Assembly: GCF_001194135.2 (NCBI RefSeq)
Contig: NC_068982.1
Coordinates: 100,013,333 to 100,077,332 of the forward strand
DNA: 64,000 nt
Origin: Octopus bimaculoides
Lineage: Eukaryota
Direction of reading: 5' to 3'
The translations under genes were made by a program, and so were the position numbers. Position 1 is the first letter of the stretch, and every line of letters starts with the position of its first letter. The notes under the pieces are model-generated. The model saw nothing but the letters and a program-made list of their open reading frames with translations. It was not told the origin of the DNA and made no database searches. Shown piece after piece: positions 1 through 11,178 of this stretch.

Positions 1-435
1 CCCAGATAGTCTCTTTCTTTGCCTGAAAACCCCAGTTTGTCAAAGTTATTATTTAGACAATTATCAAAACAAATGTGTTAATGATTATTGATAGAAATGT
101 AATTACAATATGGGTAGAAATGCTATTTTTCAATGCCATTATCTATGTATGGTTTCTTTTTCAATGATACATTTTCACTGGATAGCTGGCCTCTATAACA
201 ACACATAATTATGTATACATGTATGATGTTTACAGTTATTCTGGATATAATTTAATGATAGATTAAGTTGATTTCATCTGTCATTATTGCGTATGTATGT
301 ATGTTTTCTGATATTTACTTACATACATATATCTACGCATGCATATTCAGACACATGCTCACATAAAAAATATACATATACAACAGGTTTCTTTGCAGTT
401 ATATAATGCAGTCATACATATATTCATAAATGCAT

Positions 436-495
<60 letters not shown>

Positions 496-1416
496 TATGA
501 AATCATTCATACATGCATGCATGTATCCAACATAGTGTCCAACAAAGTCACCCTAATTAATCTTTAAATTTTACCAGTCGTCAAGCTGTACAGTTAAGAT
601 GTTGACTACAGTCAACATCATAAGTTTGAATCTTACTCCAGCCATAACATTTTGCTCATGGTTCCAGGATGCTTGAAAACAAAATGTGGGTACCACCCCT
701 ACTTCATGACAAAATGATTAGCAATCTGGAGTTCACATAGATAAAAATAAAATTTACAAAGTAAAAATAACATGAAAAGAATTGAAGTAAGCAGTAAAAT
801 AATCAGCTCCAAGATTCCAGTTTGGTTTATTCCAGATAAGATTTATCAAACTTGCATATCAGCAAGTTTTTACTTTTTAAAAATTTTAGTTCAGAATTGA
901 GTGACAAGAGGGGTCTGAGAGTTAAAGGTAGTCTACTAAATTAGTTATTTTGCACAATTCAAAAAAATAAAATAAAATAATTCAAGACTAGCTTTGATGG
1001 ATTTTGGAAGTGCCAGAAATTTGACAAACCATTTTGAGCATATCAGAATACCTCATTACTAACCTGTTGGCACTGAAAGGATGATGAATTAGCCATATAA
1101 ATGGTAAATAGAGAACTTAGCTTAGTTGCTGGTATATCCGGGTGTGTGCTATTGCCACACACGAACTTCCTAGATTACATCCAAAAGAAGGTCATTCTGC
1201 TACTGGCAAAGATTGACTCACCAATACACTATAATCATTGGCTTACAGACATGCTGTTTTACTTCCTTTTTATCTTTAATCACAACTAAAATAGCCTCTA
1301 TTTCTTCAAATTAGCTGGATATATATCCTTATTATCCTTATCACCCAGATGCACCTGACTTTCCTGTTACTCTTATAGTATTCCATTGCAGATCCTGCAC
1401 ATAACATAGCAAATTT

Positions 1417-2137
1417 TCCACAAAACTCAAGCAAAATTCACATTAGAATGGTACTTATATGTATGGGACTGTACTGCTGCTGGACATCCATACACCAAAG
1501 ACTGCATCTACAAGAGACTGTTGTAATAATTAACAATGATTCCAAGTCAGCAAGCTGGCAGAAACATTAACATGCCAAGTGAAATGCTTAGCAGTATTTC
1601 GTCTGTCTTTACATTCTGAGTTCAAATTCTGCCAAGGTCAGCTTTGCCTTTCATCCTTTTGGGGTCGATGAATTAAGTACCAGTTGCATACTGGGGTCAA
1701 TCTAATTGACTGGCCCCCTCCCCGAAGATTTCAGGACTTGTGCCTAGAGTAGAAAAGAATAATTAACAATGATTCCTGCACCAACATAATTAAACCATTG
1801 GCTCTTCTACCACTACTATATTCACACCTGTTCTTCTGAACAAGCTAACACACTCCACCAAGTCAACCTGGCTTCTGCATCTCTTCTGTCATTCTTACTG
1901 TGTCTCACCTTCCAGGTTCCATATTAAACCAGTTGCTTCTCCTCTGGTATTCTCTTCTCACCTACATTTTCTCTAACAGACATCAAGCTGCAGACAGGTA
2001 AACAGAACATCAGCTGTCTCAATCTCCACAAAACTCAAGTAAAATTTACATTAGAATGGTACTTATATGTATGGGACTGTACTGCTGCTGGACATCCATA
2101 CACCAAAGACTGCATCTAAAAGAGACTGTTGTAATAA
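1417..2137 (+). repeat. 113-bp direct repeat (1417-1529 and 2025-2137, 3 mismatches)
   Basis: Direct alignment, offset 608. Confidence 0.9.
1544..1757 (+). mobile_element. tRNA-derived SINE family A monomer (central GCCTTTCATCCTTT-GGGGTCGA-AATTAAGTACCAG domain, Nin/Deu-like)
   Basis: B-box-like GAGTTCAAATTC; 19-bp TSD AATAATTAACAATGATTCC at 1525-1543 and 1758-1776. Confidence 0.9.
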
Positions 2138-2354
2138 GGGCCTACAATGTTTATGGGTACTACCCCTACACCTTCGACTAATACATATGTGTGTATTTTG
2201 CTACTGTTATTGTATTCATACCCAGTTTTCGCATTATCTTTTACTTTTTTTTTTCTTTGAGTTAGTGGACTGTGGCCATGCATGGGCACTACTTTGAAGG
2301 GTTCTGTTGTTAAATCATTCTCAGTACTTTTTCTTTAAGCCTGGTACTTATTCT

Positions 2355-2784
2355 TTTCTACTCTAGGTACAAGGCCCAAAATTTTGGGGAAGGTGGGGGG
2401 CAGTCGATTAGATCAACACCAGTATGCAAGTGGTACTTAATTTATCAACCCTGAAAGGATGAAAGGCAGAGTTGACCTAGGTGGAATTTGAACTCAGAAC
2501 GTAAAGACAGACAAAATACCGCTAAGCATTTCACCTGACGTGCTAATGTTTCTTATTTCTTTATTGCCCACAAGGGGCTAAACATAGAGAGGACAAACAA
2601 GGACAGACAAAGGGATTAAATCGATTACATCGACCCCAGTGCGTAACTGGTACTTAATTTATCGACCGCGAAAGGATGAAAGGCAAAGTCGACCTCGGCA
2701 GAATTTGAACTCAGAATGTAAAGACAGACGAAATACCACTAAGTATTTCACCCGGCATGCTAACGTTTCTGCCAGCTCACCACC
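2355..2784 (-). mobile_element. dimeric family-A SINE nested in a family-B SINE fragment
   Basis: Two monomers joined at ~2553; a single 20-bp TSD TTAAGCCTGGTACTTATTCT at 2335-2354 and 2785-2804. Confidence 0.9.
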
Positions 2785-2889
2785 TTAAGCCTGGTACTTA
2801 TTCTATCAGTCTTTTTTGCCAAATCACTCAGTTATGGGGACATAAACAAACACATACACAAAGACATACATTCAACCTGGCTCTTCATA

Positions 2890-3175
2890 TCTACACACAC
2901 ACACATGTGCATATGCATGCACACGTGTACACATGCACACATGCAAATCTCACATGCACACATGCCCCCCACACACACATACACACACTCACACACATGC
3001 ATACACACACACATGCACACACACTCACACACACATGCACACATGCACACATACTCACACACACGTGCACACACGCACACATGCACACACACTCACACAC
3101 ACATGCACACACGCACACATGCACACACACATTCACACACACACACATTCATACACACACACACACACACATTAT
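2890..3175. repeat. compound (CA)n/(CACATG)n microsatellite
   Basis: Directly visible; source of the His/Thr and Cys/Val pseudo-ORFs. Confidence 0.95.
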
Positions 3176-4842
3176 TACTGCAAAGGATGATATAAAATAA
3201 TTACTCTTTGCACCCCCATAACGTTTAGTAATATATAATCACAGAAGTTTGCAATTGCTGTTAAAACAAGTTATAATTACTAATACGTTATTATTGCAAC
3301 TGTAGATACTGTTGTCAAGGTGTTAATTATGCAGATAAAGATTTGATGTATAATATTACTTTAATTGAAGGATACAAACATGGTTCAGTGATAGACTGTT
3401 TTATTAGCAACACTCATCTTGACGTTTTACATTTCAGCAGTCATATTCTACATTTACTACTTGCCAACATTTCTGAAACTATGGTTTTCAACTTGATAGT
3501 AGTGAGTGCAGTTTTGTGACACAGCAGTAAATTCTTCTTAGTAAGTTCATTTTGTGATCCAGTTTCAACTCTTTTCTGAAGCTAGCTTAATTGATATCTT
3601 AATTATACTTCTAAATGTTCAGTTTAATATATTCTTTGCATTCTGACAGTAAATAAATAAATTCATTCATTCATTAATTAAATTTTTAAAAATTGTTTTT
3701 ATGCTATAAGGCTTCACTGTAGCTTGTAGCATGTCGATACTAGCATTAGTTAACACAAGCATTTTTATTCTCAAGGTAAGCTCAAATGACACTGTAAGTT
3801 TACAATTCTATTCAGTCTGTGATTGGCCAAATAAACAGGCTCCTTCTACTACGTCCTTTTGTTACTTATATAATGTGGTTGTGGCCATGTCTAATTGAGT
3901 TCCTTTCATTTCATTTCTCTAAAGACACCCAGCTGGTAGTTTGGTTCTATTGCATTTGCACTGGTATTTCTCACACAAGAACATGTGCTAGCATAATCAA
4001 CCAAACTCTGTCATCTCTCATGGTTTACTAGAAACACTTCTATCAAGTCTCTTTCTATATACACAAAGTACATCTAATGTCTTCACGCATTCATTCGCAT
4101 TATAGACATCTCCATAAAACACAACTTACTTCTTTACAAAAAGCTTATACAAGGCATTGACATTGTACGTAATCCACTGCTGTGAATAAAATTTTCTATT
4201 GAACAAGTTGAGTTTTGTCCATCTGTCTTTCACCATTGAAGTCTATCCATCTATTTCTGTATACCAACTACCGTTGAGTTTTGTCTATCTGTCTCTGTAT
4301 ACCAATTACTATTGAACGAACACACAGGCACAGTATTGACAAGCTACTACTGCCGACGTCATCACTTCAACCAGACTGTGAACACTCCATTGGGTTATAG
4401 CTACACATTAGCTACGAAAATAGTGAACTCACAATACCAGTGACCCATTCACTAAACAGATAACTTTCGCTAAAAGCTAAAGGTAATTCAGATTTTCTTA
4501 CCCAGAATGTAGTACAATTGACTCCAAATATGAAGCATTCACTGATATGAAATGCAAGTAAAAAAAGAACATAACCTCCTCAGCATCAGTCTCATCACCA
4601 TTATCGGTTTAATGACCACTTTTCCATATTTCCATGGGTCTGACAGAATTTGATGAGGCAGAGTTTCAATAGTCAGATGTCCTTCCTGTCATCAATCTGC
4701 TTCCAAACAAGGTAATATTTCTCTATGGCTAGACATGTTTTCATGGAAGATTGGAAATGAAGGACCCCAATTCTTTGATTGCTTTACAACTATTCACTTG
4801 ATAACCTCACAAGTGCCAGCGACACAGGAAAAGCATCTCGTA

Positions 4843-5735
4843 CATGGTCTGATCAATAAGTATCCGGACTGTTGCCATAGTAACAAATTTAAAGCATGCA
4901 GAGTAGAGCTGTTGGGCACCAGATTGACCTTAAACACTGCTGTGCATGCACACTAAGTCTTAACATTCTAGTTCACTTCTTCAGTTTACTGTAGTGCTTG
5001 GAAAGAAAGTGTATAGCATGTGATCATCACATTGACTTTGACAGAGAAAGTTGAGCAGAGAATTTGCATCAAATTTTGCCAAAAGTTTGGCGATACCTAC
5101 TCAGAGACCTACACAAAGTTTTCAAAAAGCTCTCATCATTCTCAATACAATCAAGGAGATCTTGTGCAACTGAAATCCAAGTGTCTTTTTGATCAGTTGA
5201 AAGCAGATTTGGCACAAAGTTGGCAGACACGCGTCTCATACCCAAATCTTCAGTGATAATGGACTGAACTGAACCATAACTAATCTGCACATCTTCTGAT
5301 AACTCACAGATGGTGATTTAATGATCTCCCCTCACAGCTGCATGCAATCTGCGATGTTTTTCTCAGTTCTGTTGGTTTTGGGTCTCCCAGAATATTCATC
5401 AATATCAACATTTTTTTCGGCCATCTTGGAAATGTCTGAACCACTCATACACTTGTGTGCAGTTGTACATTCTTCTCCATACACTTTCTGCAACTTTGTG
5501 TAGGCCTCTGAACAGGTATCACCATGACAACTTTCTCTGTCATGGTCAATGTGATGATTACACGCTACACAGCTTCCTTCCAAGTACTGCTGTAAAGAGC
5601 AGAAGTGAGCTAGAATGCTAAAACTTAGTGCACATGCACAGACCATTCAGGTTCAATTTTGCTAAGCGGCTTCAATCTGCTTGCTTTAGTTTCGTTACTA
5701 TGACAACAGTCCGGACACTTATTGATCAGACCTCA
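4843..5735 (-). mobile_element. non-autonomous mariner element (893 bp) built from two 5' ends; defective transposase fragments on both strands
   Basis: TIR CA(T/A)GGTCTGATCAATAAGT(A/G)TCCGGACTGTTG, TA at 4841-4842 and 5736-5737; peptides EQRICIKFCQKFG, VYGEEC, SGRPKT, LGMRRVSANFVPNLL. Confidence 0.92.
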
Positions 5736-5944
5736 TATAAACCATAAATTGGTTGGCATTAGGAAGGGCATCCAGCTGTAGGAATAAACCAAAACTGAGG
5801 TTGGAGCTTCATGCAGTCCTGTGGCTTGCCAGATCTTGTAAAATTTTCCCAGCTATGCCAACATAAAAAAACCAACATTAAATGATGATGATAATGATAT
5901 AATCATAAACACCTATACACATATATATATATATATATATATAC

Positions 5945-6235
5945 GGAGATGCACTTGCATAGCAAGTGACCTGATCTGAGATCGTGTGCTGGAACGAAAA
6001 CAATTGCAGCGTGGAAGGTGTTTATAAGCCATTTAAAATAACACACAAAATCCGTTAGATTCACTTCAACANNNNNNNNNNTGACAAAATTCTGTGCTGC
6101 ATTTTGTCAGTGAACAGGTCGCGGTCTCAAAGCGACGAAAATATTTTGACAAATTAAATTTAAATGTTGAAGAGAATCTAACGGATTTTGTGTGTTATTT
6201 TAAATGGCTTATAAACACCTTCCACGCTGCAATTA
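5945..6235. mobile_element. foldback (head-to-head) insertion in (TA)n carrying a minimal hammerhead-like motif (6103-6153, + strand) with a G3-C8 core
   Basis: 6003-6071 is inverted at ~6166-6235; central hairpin TGACAAAAT/ATTTTGTCA 6082-6109; 10-N gap in the left arm; GTGAACA-G-GTCGC/GCGAC-GAAA-ATATT-T with a 7-bp stem I. Confidence 0.65.
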
Positions 6236-6249
6236 TATATATATATATA

Positions 6250-6340
6250 TACAAGGTGCACTGAGTAAACTGTCATCTAAATTACGCATGCACAATATTA
6301 AGAGTATAAAATGGCGACAATTTACCCATCGCACCCTCAT
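6250..6340. mobile_element. ~90-bp MITE with maT-like TIRs
   Basis: Imperfect TIRs AGGTGCACTGAGTAAACTGTC / GACAATTTACCCATCGCACCCT resemble the 17349 TIR; TA context. Confidence 0.55.
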
Positions 6341-6559
6341 TATATATATATATGCATATATCATCATCATCATCACTTAACATCCATTTTCCATGCTGGC
6401 ATGGGTTAGATGGTTTGACTGGAGATGGCAAGCCAGAGAGCTGCAGCTGGAGACATGTCTGTTACTATTAGAGTCTGATGAGTCATCAAAATATATATAT
6501 ATATATATATATGAATTTGCCAATAAAAATATGACTATCCCTAAATACAACAATATAAG

Positions 6560-6634
<75 letters not shown>

Positions 6635-6635
<1 letters not shown>

Positions 6636-6835
6636 GCCATTATAGATCGCTAACCACTACACACATGTTTTTTTCTCTGCTTGTTTCTCTCCTTGTTTCT
6701 TTCTGTATTCCTTTCTGTAGAAGAGCATAGGCCTGAAACATTAAAGACTTTTTCAATTCCCGTGTGTTATACTAATGCATCTGTTTGTTTTCTACACCAC
6801 CTGTCTTCGTCTTTCGTATTTTTGTGAATTCTCCC
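6635..6835 (+). mobile_element. probable Penelope-like pLTR fragment between (TA)n tracts, with a degenerate hammerhead-like motif at 6711-6746
   Basis: CTTT-CTGTAGA-A-GAGCATAGGCCT-GAAA-CA-TT-AAAG; stem I CTTT/AAAG; core position 6 is T instead of A. Confidence 0.35.
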
Positions 6836-7105
6836 TATATATATATATATATATATATACATATATATCATTGCTATTATGTTAAACTGCTGTATGCCCA
6901 AATTTGGCCAAATGTGTCTTTTCCAATTTTTATTTTTGCTTGCAATAGCTGATTCTTTTGGTCAAACTATCATATCTTCAACTGCTTCAGATGCCAAGAT
7001 ATCAAAAATTGTCAATAGTTTTGTGATAGAATGGTGAAACTATTGTTTTGTTTTCTGAAAAAACAACATTTTGGACTTACAACACTTTTGCATAATACCA
7101 ACAAA

Positions 7106-7136
<31 letters not shown>

Positions 7137-7147
7137 TATGTATATAT

Positions 7148-7200
<53 letters not shown>

Positions 7201-7393
7201 AATATATGCACATACATATATATTTATATAGATATATATATGCTCATGTATATATAATATATATTCACACACACACATATTTATACAAATATGTGTATAC
7301 ACACTCATATATATATCATTAACTTAATGATTTGGATATTTTGTCACGTTCTTATAAATGATTAGTTATATATCTCGAATTTTGCTGTAGCTA

Positions 7394-7398
<5 letters not shown>

Positions 7399-7439
<41 letters not shown>

Positions 7440-7440
7440 T
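7399..7440. repeat. (GTA)n trinucleotide microsatellite
   Basis: Directly visible. Confidence 0.95.
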
Positions 7441-8162
7441 ACTGCTACCACTCCCCCCCCCCCATCATCACCACAGTTGGTATTTCTGTGCAAGAGATAG
7501 TGGGAGAGTGGGTCCCATGTTTTGTAACAGGGCGTATGTTTCAGCATCTATGTCTGAAAACTGATATTTCATTCTGAGAGTGGTGTGAGAATTTGAAGAA
7601 ACAGAACATAACATTGCTGCCACTGCCCTATATAGAATCAGCTGAAATTCTAAACCCTTCAAATTACATGTAAAACAATGTAGTCTGTTGGAACCAAATA
7701 TGACACTTTTTTTTATCATTATTATTATTATTATTGCAAAAAGAAACTTTACTACAATTTAGCGAGGTGAAAAGGGAACAATGAAGAAGATAAAACAAAC
7801 TCTAAACTAACTTTAAACTACACTTGATTTGATTTATTTAAGAGTTAATTTTGTTAGATAATTAATCTGTGGGTCCACCCATCTACAAAGTATTCAGAGG
7901 GTAAAAAATATGTCAATTTGAAAATATTTCTTTCTCTTAGTTTTCTTCATAACTTTTACTTTTTGTTCCTCAATTTTTTTTTTTTTTGGGGGGGGGGGTT
8001 TGCTCTACTTCCATAAAAATTAATTCCCTTAGAGAGATTGATATAAAGTTTCGAAACTATAAAATAGCTCAATAACTTTGGTAAGTATCTTTCATGCATA
8101 CATACTCATTATTGGTTCTTGATAACATATTTATACAGTCTCAGAGAGGAGAAGGGAGAGTG

Positions 8163-8197
<35 letters not shown>

Positions 8198-8319
8198 TAA
8201 CTAGTTGATTTGGAAGGGTGTTGTAAGCTTTGCATTATGTCCAGCCATGTAGTTGTAAATAGTTAACCATGTGGTATTACAGTTTGTCTCTATAGGCAGT
8301 GAAGTCACTGTAATAATTG

Positions 8320-8543
8320 AAATAATAATGGTTTCAAATTTTGTCACAGGGCCAGCAAGTTCAGGGGAGGGTGTAAGTTGATTAAATTGATCTCAGTCCT
8401 CAACTGGTACTTAATTTGTCAACCCTAAAAGGATGAAAGGTAAAGTCAACCCCAGCAGCGTTTGATCTCAGCACCTAAAGACAGATGAAATGCTGCTTAA
8501 CATTTTACACAGCATGCTAACAATTCTACTAGCTCACTGCCTT
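8320..8543 (-). mobile_element. older family-A SINE
   Basis: Degenerate central domain; TSD TGTAATAATTG at 8309-8319 and 8544-8554. Confidence 0.75.
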
Positions 8544-8684
8544 TGTAATAATTGTAATAATAATGAGCATCGTTTTAGTTGTTGCTGTTTAGCTCCTGAT
8601 CAAAGAGACTTAAATTCTTCCTATATTCAGAGATGTTCCAGTGACTACCCCATCTATTCATTTCTTTCAGGTATAGTATATCTA

Positions 8685-9071
8685 GTGGAGGCGCAATGGC
8701 CTAGTGGTTAGGGCAGTGGACTCACAGTCATAGAATCGCAGTTTCGATTCCCAGACTGGGCGTTGTGAGTGTTTATTGAGTGAAAACACCTAAAGCTCCA
8801 CGAGGCTCCGGCAGGGGATGGTGGCGAACCCTGCTGTACTCTTTCACCACAACTTTCTCTCACTCTTACTTCCTGTTTCTGTTGTGCTTGTAATTCAAAG
8901 GGTCAGCCTTGTCATACTGTGTCACGCTGAATATCCCCGAGAACTACGTTGAGGGTACATGTGTCTGTGGAGTGCTCAGCCACTTGCACGTTAATTTCAT
9001 GAGCAGGCTGTTCCGTTGATCAGATCAACTGGAACCCTCGACGTCGTAAGCGACGGAGTGCCAACAACAAA
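8685..9071 (+). mobile_element. tRNA-derived SINE family D, full length
   Basis: A-box TGGCCTAGTGG, B-box GTTTCGATTCC, (CAA)n tail; 10-bp TSD AGTATATCTA at 8675-8684 and 9072-9081. Confidence 0.9.
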
Positions 9072-9710
9072 AGTATATCTAAGATTATTATTCAATGTGT
9101 TCTTCCATTTTTAATATTGTTGGGTGTCCTTTATGTGGGAAATTTGGTTGTCATTACAAGCAGATTAAACTTCATTGGTTAGGAATAATGAATGTGTTAT
9201 TTGATTGCAGTATTAGAATGAAAGCCTTCAATGGAAATAAAAATCTTTCCACAAATTGGTTTCTTATTCAAGATAATTGGTGTCACCCATATCACAATGT
9301 ATCAACAAAGTAACTAGAATCCCCAACATAACTTTACATCTTCGAAAGATTATAAATTAAGTTAATCCTTTCACTGAATCTAGAGTGAGATTCATTAGAA
9401 AAGTCCTTAATATCATTTTCTTTAATGATATACTAGAGTGAAATTGAGTTCATTACTCCAAATGATTGAAACACTCATTAATTTTATAATCTCCCATTAT
9501 TTTCTACAGTTGATTTTACATTTTCAGGGTATCAACTTAGAACTAAATTCTGGATAAGAATTCTCTTGATTCCACTCTGTCTTTTCTTTAAAAAGGACAC
9601 ATTGGATAATATAGTCCTAGATATATTATGTCTAAAAGGAATGACAAAATGGTCACAGCTAGAATGTCTTTGAAAATAGGACTTCATGAACAAAACTGAC
9701 CTGGAGTTAA

Positions 9711-9929
9711 CCCTTTAACATTCACATTACTCTGTCAAATGTATTCCTTATTTATTCGCATTGCTTTGAATTAGTCACACATTATCTCATAGCTTCAAGA
9801 TTTCGATGATGCGATTGTTATTTTTAAAAAGATATTGTAGGTAGGTTTTAGGGGCTGAATTTGGCCAGTTTTAACATAAAAACAGGCAGAATATTTGGGC
9901 TGGATATGACTGGTTTATATTTTAAAGAG
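9711..9929 (+). mobile_element. piggyBac-type MITE (~220 bp, TTAA-flanked)
   Basis: TTAA at 9707-9710 and 9930-9933; ends CCCTTTA...TAAAGAG; repeated at 17563-17781, ~35818-36030 and 48105-48618. Confidence 0.75.
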
Positions 9930-10644
9930 TTAAACACACCACATAGTGAATCACAATAGTAGGATATGAACCATAAACCATTTTTGCTATTATACCCATG
10001 TCTTAAGTGCTTAGCAATCTGTAATTCTTAAACAATTCAACTATTTCAAAAAAAAAAAACAAAAAAAAATTACAGTTGCTGAAACCAAGTACTTTATTTA
10101 TTAACTTAGTAAATAACTTTTCATGTTAACACTAAGAGAATAGTATCAGATTTTTATGAAACTTGTAGTGTGTATAATTAAATACCAAACCAATTCGCAT
10201 TTTTGAATATGCAAACTATTGAAAGCCAATATTTATGAATAAACCAGATTTTAAATTTTCTGAAATTTGTTTAAAATATTATTTTTTTTGAATATTTTTA
10301 CATAAACTTGTACAATGTAGAAAGTAATGTGAGTCATATTACTTAAAAAAAAAAAATACTGCACACCACAATAGACAAACATTTGAATACAAGTCAATGA
10401 ATACTTTATATATGTTTATTTTTAATTAGAAATAAACCAATTGGAAACAGATCTCAGTTTTAAGCCTGCTATCCCAGAATAGATAGAGTCAATCTGACAT
10501 AGTTTCTATCTATCCAATTACGCTTACATCACTTAAGTCATTCCGAGTCTGTAACAGAAAATATTTGCCCAAGATGCTGATTTATGGGATCAGACTTTGA
10601 ACTCCGTGGTTGCGAAGCAAGTATCTTAACCATAGGCACAGGTA

Positions 10645-11130
10645 TGGCTGTGTAGTAAGAAGTTTGCTTCCCAGCCATATAGCTCTGGGTTCAGTCCCAC
10701 TGTCTGGCACCTTGAGCAAATATCTTCTATTATAGCCTCAGACTAATCAAAGAAACTGAAACTGAAAGAAGCCTATTATATATAGGAAAGTATTGTAGTT
10801 TGCTTGAAGCATTGTGTATTGTTTGTAAAGAATAAAAAGTTTTGAATGGTACAACAATACACTATAATACAAAAAATGGACTATATACCTGTTGTAATTT
10901 AGTTATCTATAGTCCGATGATATTTCAGAATACAATTCCTTCTTCAGATATTCTTAGATGGAGTCACTCCTATAATCGGTTATAGCAGTGGCTCCATCTA
11001 AGAATATCTGAAGAAGGAATTGTATTCTGAAATATCATCGGACTATGGATAACTAAATTACAACAGGTATATAGTCCATTTTTTGTATTATAGTGTATTG
11101 TTGTACCATTCAAAGCTTTTTATTCTATTT

Positions 11131-11178
<48 letters not shown>

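Noticed and set aside
2757-3200. His/Thr-, Cys/Val- and Ile/Tyr-rich ORFs (also at 6.4, 7.0, 11.1, 23.2, 42.3, 43.8-44.3, 45.5 and 58.0 kb)
   Set aside because: They are translations of (CA)n/(TG)n/(TA)n microsatellites, not genes.
8685-8760. tRNA-like A/B boxes in SINE heads (also 47.4 and 34.2 kb)
   Set aside because: No complete cloverleaf; they continue into SINE bodies with TSDs, so they are not tRNA genes.
3711-9309. Possible + strand small exons: 3711-3775 (FTVACSMSILALVNTSIFILK), 8593-8670 (PDQRDLNSSYIQRCSSDYPIYSFLS) and 9211-9309 (IRMKAFNGNKNLSTNWFLIQDNW...)
   Set aside because: Each has AG/GT ends and an open frame, but the phases do not chain (1/0, 1/1, 2/2) and I recognise no protein family. 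RNA-seq or tBLASTn is needed; a real gene cannot be excluded.
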